Shown here one piece after another: positions 9,701 through 17,368 of a stretch of DNA of 41,514 nt (within the stretch, counting starts at the first letter, position 1; every line of letters starts with the position of its first letter). Location: contig JALAGF010000922.1 of the NCBI GenBank assembly GCA_030167865.1, positions 1 through 41,514 of the forward strand. The letters run 5' to 3'. The notes beneath the pieces are model-generated. The model searched no databases. It had not been told where the DNA came from and saw only the letters and a program-made list of their open reading frames with translations. Origin of the DNA: Craspedostauros australis. Lineage: Eukaryota. The translations under genes were made by a program, and so were the position numbers.

Positions 9701-10609
9701 GGTCTTGTGCGCAGCCGTCATTTTGTTCGATTGGAGAAGCTTCGCAATGCCGGGAACAATCTCCGAAAGCACCCGCACCTCGCCAACTGCGAGTTCTGTT
9801 GCGAATATCTGCTTGAGCTGTTCGAAGCTTCGAGGGTCCTGTTTGGTATCTTCGGTCGCGCTTGTTGCCGTTGCGGTATGTGTTGGATGTGCCAGATCCA
9901 TGATCTGTTCGAATAGCTGTGCCATGGCCATCTTGATTCCTGCGAAAGGCTCTTCCGTTTGCTGCAGATTGAATTTGCAAGAAACGAAGAATCCGAAGCG
10001 CGCAAGGCACTGTTGCTTGAAATGCATTGCCAATGACGACTTGCCGTTGCCTGCCTCGCCTGAGATGATGGCCACCGTCCGGTGTGCAGTGATGGCGGAG
10101 TGTTGAATACTGCGCTCATCGTGTGCGTTGTCAAGATCGTTGTTGTCGCTGTTGTTGCCCTTTTCATGGAAGAGACGATCGATGGCATGCTGGAGAAGGC
10201 GCACTTCTTTGTCGCGGCCGATCAACTTGTCGCTTTCGACATCGATTCGCTTGCTAGAGTTGCGTCTGAACGCCTTCTTCTTCGCTTTCTTCGGAGGCTT
10301 GGATTGCTGGGGCATGTCGTTGGTCTTGTCAACCTTGACATTTTCGCCGCTGTGGGGAACACCATTCTGAGCACGAGGATGAGTAGCGTCATGATTGGCT
10401 CGAGACGAAATGAGTTGCTGTCCATCGTGGTGGTGCTCAGATGACGACGATGATGACGAGACGGAGACGGTTGATGATGCCGAGGATGGGGAGCATGCCA
10501 CAGGCGTCATCAGTGGCGATGATGATGGTGGGGAGGAATAGGAAGCACCGGTTGGTTCCACAGTCTCCATGTTGGTAGGAAGAGTTTTCACTTCAGCCAT
10601 GGTATTCAT
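6788..10609 (-). CDS. STAND-class P-loop ATPase (AAA_16 / COG3899-like) with a C-terminal TPR-like helical region, 1273 aa
   Basis: LIGRDKE pre-P-loop motif, Walker A GEAGNGKSS, Walker B PLVIVLDDMEWAD, KTRGNIF (GxP-like motif), AACLGMTF winged-helix region, C-terminal repeats such as AIRDYHQAIEEA...QDQALASERLGRF...YSTWGAAGKV. Intronless. Confidence 0.88.
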   Translation of the reverse strand: MNTMAEVKTLPTNMETVEPTGASYSSPPSSSPLMTPVACSPSSASSTVSVSSSSSSSEHHHDGQQLISSRANHDATHPRAQNGVPHSGENVKVDKTNDMPQQSKPPKKAKKKAFRRNSSKRIDVESDKLIGRDKEVRLLQHAIDRLFHEKGNNSDNNDLDNAHDERSIQHSAITAHRTVAIISGEAGNGKSSLAMHFKQQCLARFGFFVSCKFNLQQTEEPFAGIKMAMAQLFEQIMDLAHPTHTATATSATEDTKQDPRSFEQLKQIFATELAVGEVRVLSEIVPGIAKLLQSNKMTAAHKTTSPNGRFKEESTDQTPTTERATLKGQSDGLKFTLRRFVRIICDFAPLVIVLDDMEWADSTSLDLILSWVMDVHNTSLMAIGCHRSDLVDQKHTVNKMLQHLEESKRDRRIRMLRVEIGALPVNGVRELITSALRKLSEAFGRWDGQGTMHDANETAESLRMDNLARIVHSKTRGNIFCVKQYLHSLLQNDLITYNADLLTPEWTWDPALVQSEFPDASSILELMNHKIRQSQAACHILPIAACLGMTFSQSVIAIIIRTLAIHSGHSKFYQSLEEVGMSSHQCTDGNIRRMIRSCVKNGFLAHADASMMPKGCPNFPWNKNANHGRPLSDLYTFVQSKVHEAAIRIVPDDKIDEFHFHIGESLLLALTKAELEDKMFNVASLLSKKLDLVPSITNGINSRMRIINLYYGAGMKAVGCCAFHQALTYFRDAIKLLPPEHWSTHSDLSLDIYSSAAECALHTVSTEEMRTYCATIIKQECHMLHKVRAYRVLIDACSAATTGNEGNSAVEWCLEVLKGLGCNVPAPNAFNTTKALLGNIAIRRKSRTWTDSTFEKLPLVSDPTELAIARMLARLVVACYFSRRELLPSVLLMAVRKVLRVGITPHSSIAIGFQGLTLGSLLNDPQSRLKFGEIALEIVERTGGTTVTDTQTMLLVYSGILHWNSPMELMKEPLMHTYRVSMATGDAESALWALSVHGHVRLMTGSSLESLDKELSTSTKLMKDFRKPHLQIASSAYWQAVLNLRGSSRATTELVGDAFNENEASTEPATQDDAMLVQDVGNSKILLAVFYGEFETGARVMYETYRSILHQVPGVPITVLVMFLGGLCCQIAGNTHNPQSKAYRRLAHQCHKKLKQWKKNGTRNCDHYLLILSAEKNAMNGRRDDAIRDYHQAIEEASKRNYIQDQALASERLGRFLCKIGMVQNGQNYMDKAYSLYSTWGAAGKVDMLRSDPTFKLSLIHQQASESDSNGEA

Positions 10610-11836
10610 TTGAACTCGTTGTTTGTTTGTGTTGGTGGTGGCGGCGATGATGATGATGATGATCGGGTTGTCAGCGTCGTGTGGATGTATTGTATTCTAT
10701 TGGATTGCTGATGCCAGGGCTTCAAACTTTGTGACCCTCGTGGAGGGAAATTGAGAGGCACCTCCCAAAAGGAAGAAACCGCATACATGAAATCGCACGG
10801 CGGTCCTGGCCCATGTTGAGCACCATGGCTGGATCACGGAAACGACAACTTCATCGCCGACAAAGTGTGCATCTGCTGACTCCCATCCTCTTATGTCCCA
10901 TCATTCCCCCAAGCAAAAAGCGCGGCTTCTCCACCCGAGTATCCCCCGCGATCTCTTGGTGCTGAGCCGCCCTTGACAGGAGCACTTCCAATCCAACTCA
11001 TTCTTGACTGTGTCGCTTGTGTTTCTGGGGTTGCCCACCCTCACGGTGAGACCACTGAATCCGCCGTTGCCGCTGTCGTCGTCGTGCCTGTCGTTGTTCT
11101 TGGAGTGATGATTCCATCGTGGAGCTGGGATACTTTCCATGAGAACAGTATCAAAGCCCCAACAACACCATCAACAACCAAAACACGATCTCTTCACCGT
11201 TGCAAATTATTGTGATGTAAATCTGTTGACGCACCGTTGCGGATGAAGGCAGGGGAAGGCGCCCCTCGGCGGCAGGATCGTCGATCGGATGAAGCGGTCC
11301 CTTGTGACAAGGATACTCGTACGACCAACGGGGGGCAGAGGCGGACTCCCCATTGAAGGACCACAAGACTGACAAGAAATGTCGCTACAGGCTCTGCATG
11401 TCTGGATTGGAGCGACACCAGCATCCCAATCGCCTGTGACATCGGCATCGCGACAACATCGCCTCTGTCACAGTTTGTCCCTCCTTGGTGCTGAAAGATA
11501 CCAACTGTAGTCGGCGTAGTCCATTTCGTTTCAAGTCGTGGATAAAACGAATCCGCAGAAGGACATGACTCAATCGCCACCCGCGCCAAAACACCAACAA
11601 CACACGCAAGAAGAGAGGGGATCAACAGTGAGAACACATGACAAAGGCAACAGCGAGCCTCCAAGGTCGTCCACGGCAACATCGCTGCATCTGTCTCATC
11701 ATTGTGAGTTGGTGCTACACATGCAGTAAGTAACGTTTCGTCTCCATTCATCCTGTGGTACTACACTATTGTATAATACAATCAACCAACACCGTGCCTT
11801 GCGGAACGATAAAACGCGAGACGCTCCCGAGAGAAC

Positions 11837-12688
11837 ATGTCGTCCACACCCGACGATGCATCCGCAGCCGCCTCTGCTTCTGAGTCCACCTCGGCAGGAC
11901 CATCGACGACGAAGAACAAGAAAGGCAAGGAGGGTGGAATGTACCGCGCCTGCATGTCCGCCATCCACAATGCTCATATGGAATCGCACAAGCTGCGAGT
12001 TGTGGTGACGGTGGCCGGCCTCATCTCCGACAAGCGGATCTACCGCGAGGTGCTGTCGCTCTACTACATCATCACACGCGAAGCGGAACGCAAGTTGGCG
12101 CAGCTGGCCAACGATGGCAATTATGGCAATGACGCCATTTGCCGCAAGATTATGGCGCTCGATCACAGCTTCACGCAAGCCTACGAGAAGGATCTGAAGT
12201 ACCTGTACGAGGATGTGTCGTCGGATTGGCGTGGCAAGGTGGATGCATTATACGCGAGCAACGATGCTGCCAAGGCATACGTGAAGCACATCGAGAACAT
12301 GCGCAGCGGCGAAGAAGCCGCTGGCGCGATATTGGCGCTGTGGGGCGCGCTCGTGATGGGCGGCGGTGCAGCAGCATCGCCCCGCATCAAGTCGGCATTC
12401 GGCGAAGGTGCCACGCATCTCTTCGCAGACGTCACAGGCCCCCAGGCTGGCAAGCGCCGCACGGCGTTCGTGGACTGTTGGGATAGCCTTGCAGAGCCCG
12501 GCAGCGCATCGTTCGACGAGATTGCGTCGCAATCCCAGGCATGCATGCAGCACAACAACCGCGTGCTGGCATCGGTCGAGCGATATCCGTGGTGGCTGTC
12601 GTGGATCGTGGCTGGTGGCGTCGCCGCCGCTTCCGTTTCGGCGTTCATGTTGCGGCGCAGTTTGGTTGGGCAGGCAGGCAAATCGTAG
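11837..12688 (+). CDS. Heme oxygenase-like protein with a C-terminal membrane anchor, 283 aa
   Basis: Proximal helix with His (SAIHNAHMESH), YEKDLKYLY, AAKAYVKHIENM, Gly-rich distal helix ALWGALVMGGG, hydrophobic tail WWLSWIVAGGVAAASVSAFML. Strong coding-like codon bias. Confidence 0.72.
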   Translation: MSSTPDDASAAASASESTSAGPSTTKNKKGKEGGMYRACMSAIHNAHMESHKLRVVVTVAGLISDKRIYREVLSLYYIITREAERKLAQLANDGNYGNDAICRKIMALDHSFTQAYEKDLKYLYEDVSSDWRGKVDALYASNDAAKAYVKHIENMRSGEEAAGAILALWGALVMGGGAAASPRIKSAFGEGATHLFADVTGPQAGKRRTAFVDCWDSLAEPGSASFDEIASQSQACMQHNNRVLASVERYPWWLSWIVAGGVAAASVSAFMLRRSLVGQAGKS

Positions 12689-13377
12689 GCTGTCTAATTG
12701 GAAGTGGGCATGGGCATGGGCGGGCAATGTATTCAGTCTGGTGTCGAGGTTGAATATGATTCGAAGAAGTGTGCTGTGCCTATGTGGTGGCACAGGCGAT
12801 GCCACACAAGCAAGACAAGAAGATGACAAACTCGAAGTGCCAGGAAGAACAAAGATCAATCGAGATGTTAGAACCATACAATAATGGGAATGATCTTTTG
12901 GGGGGAACGAAGCGACCGGAGCATCGCACGCCGTCATTTTCTGTGAACTTGAGACAGAAGGAGGAAAGAGTATCGTCACGGTGAGATCATTGGTAAGCTG
13001 AAATGCTTCGTGGAGAGATCGTTCCAGAAGTATGCAGAGTGGAGGGAAACCATGCCCTTTGCTGGTGACACTAAATAGAGCAAATGAAAGAAGTGGATCT
13101 GCGGCGAGAAGCGTTGAGCACGCATCATTTACCACTCGTACGCTGGTCTATGCTTGACTCTGCATTGGTTTGCGTAGAGTAGGTTCATAGTGGGTTAATC
13201 GAATTGATCAAAGATTGGAGATTCTCGTTTCCGAAAGATCTGTTGTCAACAGGGCAGTTGCCATCAACCCATTCCCACACCACCCCACAATCACAATCAT
13301 AGCTCGTATTATCCAAACAAGCATCTCCGTATCCTCCCAGAATCATCCGAGAGTGCTGTGATTGATAGCATCGCGCC

Positions 13378-14544
13378 ATGAAACTGATGAGAGTGGCTGC
13401 GCTCCTTGGCTCTGTGACTACATCGGCTGTTTCGTACCGCAGAGGCGCATCGATTGGGATTGGATTCGCAAAGGCCTTGCTCGCCACATCGCCATCGTTC
13501 CATTCCGTTGGCACGTCTTCACCTTCCTTCTCCCGACCTTCTTCCAAGCTCTTCATGTCGTCGTCGTCGTCGACACCGCCGCTGTTGGCATCGGCGCCAC
13601 CCACCCTGACGCTGCGCAATGGCATGCAGCATCCCGCCATCGGCTTTGGGACTTACAAGGTGGGATTCATCCCAGCATCTGCCTCCGCGGCCGTGGCTGG
13701 CACGGAAAGCACGGAAGTGCAGCGCACCGCCAAGGAATGCGTCGTGGACGCCCTCAGTGCGGGGTACCGATTCCTGGAGTGCGCCGAGTTCTACGGCAAC
13801 GAAGGGCAGGTGGGTGAGGCGATCGCGGAATCAGGCGTGGATCGCAAGGAGCTCTTCCTGTGCAGCAAGGTATGGACGACGACCATCGAGAATGGGCCGG
13901 AGGCCGTCACGAAGCAACTGGAGAAGACGCTGCAAGACTTGGGCACCGACTACCTCGATCTCTACCTCATCCATTGGCCTGTCCCAGGCAAGCACGTGGA
14001 GGCTTACAAGACCTTGATCGGCCTCAAGGAGCAGGGCAAAATCCGAGGCATCGGCGTCTCGAACTACGCCTGGGAGGACTACGTCGAGTTGAAGGAGGCC
14101 GGCATCCCGGAGAAGGACCTGCCGGTCGTCAACCAGATCGAGATCAACCCCTTCCTGTACCGCAGCAACACGATCGGCAAATTCACAGACGATGGCGTCG
14201 TCCTGCAATCGTACCGCAGCCTGCGCGACGGCAAGGCGTTCGACGATGCGACGCTCGTTGCGATTGCCACGGCGCACGGCAAATCGCCGGCGCAGATTCT
14301 GGGTCGCTGGTGCATCCAGAAGGGCTTCGTCTACGTGCCGAAATCCGTCAAGAAGGCAAGGATGGTCGAGAATTCGCAGGTCTTTGATTTTGAGTTGACT
14401 CAAGATGAGATGTCGCAATTGGATGGCCTCACGACGCAAGACAACATCCAGACCTTCGTGTCTTTGTACCGCAAATGCGTCAATCGGGATACGAGCAAGG
14501 ATGGCACCATGGATGGTGTCAAGATGGAGATCACAGAAGATTAG
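13378..14544 (+). CDS. Aldo-keto reductase (AKR5 / 2,5-diketo-D-gluconate reductase-like), probably plastid-targeted, 388 aa
   Basis: AKR motifs: IGFGTY, GYRFLECAEFYGNE, LFLCSKVW, LGTDYLDLYLIHWP, GKIRGIGVSNY, NQIEINP, KSPAQILGRW, VPKS. Hydrophobic signal (MKLMRVAALLGSVTTSAVS|Y) followed by an S/R-rich transit-like peptide. Confidence 0.93.
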   Translation: MKLMRVAALLGSVTTSAVSYRRGASIGIGFAKALLATSPSFHSVGTSSPSFSRPSSKLFMSSSSSTPPLLASAPPTLTLRNGMQHPAIGFGTYKVGFIPASASAAVAGTESTEVQRTAKECVVDALSAGYRFLECAEFYGNEGQVGEAIAESGVDRKELFLCSKVWTTTIENGPEAVTKQLEKTLQDLGTDYLDLYLIHWPVPGKHVEAYKTLIGLKEQGKIRGIGVSNYAWEDYVELKEAGIPEKDLPVVNQIEINPFLYRSNTIGKFTDDGVVLQSYRSLRDGKAFDDATLVAIATAHGKSPAQILGRWCIQKGFVYVPKSVKKARMVENSQVFDFELTQDEMSQLDGLTTQDNIQTFVSLYRKCVNRDTSKDGTMDGVKMEITED

Positions 14545-15024
14545 AGCGAGACAGGATCGTGGTACCATTCGAAAGAAACGAAAAGAGCGCGGTCCTATTA
14601 GAATGGCTGCTGTGCTCAAACAGTGTGGAGTATTCGTGTTGTCTGAACTTGAGCATGCGACAATGGTTGTGCCCGTACTCGTAGGGGGTTTTGCTCTACT
14701 AATATGGTGTGTTTTATTGTTAAAATTGTGTAGAAGGAGTCCCAGGCGATTGTTCCATGGTGAACAAGTCCCTCGTGCTGGTGTCCTTCAATGATCTCCG
14801 CGGCTTCATTTGCTGGAGCCCTCCCGAGTGCCAGCTGATTTCTCAGTACTGTGTATCGACGATGAATGCTCCATCACCCATCACCGTTCGCTTGATATAA
14901 CTGATTGTTGTACTGATGCGCATGCATTGAGGTTGCAATCCCTCCATCAGTTCTGTTCATTGCATTCCATCTTCTCCCATTCTCTTCTCTCGCATCCTGG
15001 ATACGATCACTATGCAGGCATGCT

Positions 15025-15507
15025 CTACCAATCCTCCTTGCCTTCATCGCACTCCAAAAAGTCGCTGGGCAGAATGCCGAAGCAAAGGATTCCCAAAAAC
15101 AGCATCACGTTGCGCTGTTGCCGCCAGTAATTCTTTGCCGGATTGCAAATGCCAAATCCAAGCATACGCGGCGAGTCCAAGCACGGATTGTGGGCCCCGA
15201 CCTTCTTTTGGAATCGATGTGACCGGATACCACAGCGTGCGCACCATTCGTAGCCTTTTTGGGGGACAGAATCGCAGGTTGAGTGGATGCGCGGCGACGC
15301 CGGTGGGCGATGGATGCGCGATTGCGTGACGATCGGGCCTCGTTGGTGGGAGGAGCTCAATGCTCGGTGCGGTGGTGTGTTCAGTGTCGTCGATGATGGC
15401 ATGCTCGTCGGGGCTCGGGAAGATCCGGCCCAAACGAATCCTGCTCGTCTCCTGGTCAAGCTCGCGGCCGTTTTCGCCGTCATTGCCATTGTCGTTATCA
15501 GCGTCAT
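15025..15507 (-). CDS. Hypothetical small protein, possibly organelle-targeted with one C-terminal transmembrane segment
   Basis: 160-aa ORF. R/S/T/A-rich N-terminus without acidic residues (MAMTAKTAASLTRRRAG), Cys/His-containing middle (WCARCGIRSH), hydrophobic NVMLFLGILCFGILP near the end. A CT microsatellite lies just upstream on this strand. No homology recognised. Confidence 0.4.
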   Translation of the reverse strand: MTLITTMAMTAKTAASLTRRRAGFVWAGSSRAPTSMPSSTTLNTPPHRALSSSHQRGPIVTQSRIHRPPASPRIHSTCDSVPQKGYEWCARCGIRSHRFQKKVGAHNPCLDSPRMLGFGICNPAKNYWRQQRNVMLFLGILCFGILPSDFLECDEGKEDW

Positions 15508-15536
15508 CGTCGTTGTCGAGTATCGTCGGGCTCCAC

Positions 15537-15557
15537 AGAGAGAGAGAGAGAGAGAGA
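15537..15557. repeat. (AG)10 microsatellite
   Basis: AGAGAGAGAGAGAGAGAGAGA read directly. Confidence 0.95.
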
Positions 15558-17172
15558 AGAGCTTGTTCGTTCGAATGAGATCAAAGCGTGTGGTCGGTCG
15601 ATCTTGAATCCGTCGTTCACTTGCAAGAAATGATCAAACCGCTGTGGCTGCCCCCAATGACACGATGTTCATCTGATCGCATGGCATCGCATTGTATGCA
15701 ACGGGAACACTGCGACTCATCAATCATTCGTCTGTGTTGATGCTTGCGATGGTGGTGGTGGAGCCATCCGCTCTCTCTGCAAGTGTTGCGTGCCACAGAA
15801 ATCAAAAAGTGTCTTGAAGAAATTGGTTGATGTGTGTATCGGAATCCAACAAAGAAGATGTGGAATGATGGAAATGACGTCGATGTCACAGTTCCGGAGT
15901 TGGAGAATGGCAGGCGTTGACGTCAGTGTGAATTTGTCCTTGTGACATGAATCCGACAATGGGCGATCTTGGCAGACAGCTGCAATCCATCGAACTCACA
16001 TTGCCTACAATACATCGACAGTACAGCTAGAGAAGCACCTGCCAAATATAATAGAATGTCTGGTACGAGTATGTATCATTTGATGTAGGTGGTACTATCC
16101 AGATATCGGCTCTCTTGGGCTTTGAGACTGGCGCTCTAGCCGTTACGTGGTCGAGAGACGGAGCAGGAAGTATTCAGAGGAGGCAGAGCACATGGTCAAG
16201 ATCAGTCTGTCATTTCTCCCTTCGTACTCTGCCATGCTGGCACACATGCAGTTCACGTCTGCATGCAGCATTTGTTGCCTCCGTTTTCCGCACGACGCGA
16301 GCTTGAGCTGCATTCGTTGCAATCACAAAAGCTTCGCATGTTACTGCATCATAGCTTGACACTCCAACGCTCTGAACCAAACCACAAGATCTTGGTGTCC
16401 TCGGCCGCCTCAGAATTCCTCCAGGATGCTTAAGTTGGCTCTATCTTTGGGTGTGTTGGATGCTCCATGCGAACGTTTCCAATGTGCCAGCACGAGTCGA
16501 CAAACAAAAGGCCGTGTGTGCCACATTCAAAGCGTACAATATGAGTTGAAGACTTTGAAATGGGGTTTGTGGTAAATATATTACAAACTCTTATTAAAGG
16601 ATGTTGTTTGAAACAAAGGCCTAAATGACATTGTTGGTCTATGATGTTCTCATTTACTTAACGGCATTGGAGAAGAGAATTGAGATGACGGTTTCTTCGT
16701 GATTGCAGAGCAGTCGGCACCGTTACAGGCCTAGAATAATCGTGACTTGGGATGGGACGGCGCAAGACGGATGTTCTGCACCAGGACATGCAGACAGACA
16801 GCAGGTTCTGTTTCCACAAGGTTCAAATCAGGCAGATGGCGTCACATTCCGAACAACCACTTCTCTTTCGCACGATGGAGGCTTCGCCAGCCAACCAATC
16901 ACAATGTGGTGTGATTGTGCGCCAGAACGGAAACCAGGATCGGTTGGTGATGACTGGACAACTGCAACACCAACCAGGCCAACCGATCGCACTACCCTCG
17001 TTGGTGGAGTGGAAGAGGTCATCAGGCAAGAGCAGCAATCGATCATTCCATTATTGGTATTATATAATACTATCATAGTGTTAGTATTGATGCGCCATAC
17101 ATCTCGCAGATGAACAATGCGCTCCCTCGAATGCGGCAATGACTGCAATGAGAATGGGAATCAGAACGCAAA

Positions 17173-17234
17173 GACGATGGAGACGATGATGGAGACGAGG
17201 ATGGAGCTGAGGATGGAACAGACGATGATGGACG
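17173..17234 (+). repeat. Degenerate 12-bp tandem repeat (GATGGAGACGAT-like) upstream of the primase start
   Basis: gacgatggagacgatgatggagacgaggatggagctgaggatggaacagacgatgatggacg; gives the METMMETRMELRMEQTMM stretch in the ORF track. Confidence 0.7.
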
Positions 17235-17368
17235 TCCTCGATGTTCCCAAAGGAGCGGATGGAGCGCACGCGAACGAAAGGAAATGGATATCACGGAGGC
17301 GTCTTCTGCGAGGAGTCGTATCGCGACAGGACCGCGGCAGATCTCATTGCCAGAGACGATGGCCATCG

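Noticed and set aside
10901..11751. Several 60-185 aa ORFs between the divergent STAND and HO-like genes
   Set aside because: No motifs or consistent codon bias; most likely a shared promoter/UTR region.
12248..14619. Antisense and alternative-frame ORFs over the HO-like and AKR genes
   Set aside because: Expected by-products of high GC3 codon usage; the translations are not protein-like.
17117..17368. 84-codon N-terminal extension of the primase ORF
   Set aside because: Largely a Met-rich tandem repeat and it would bury the signal peptide. ATG 17369 gives a proper bipartite leader, so this is treated as upstream/UTR sequence.
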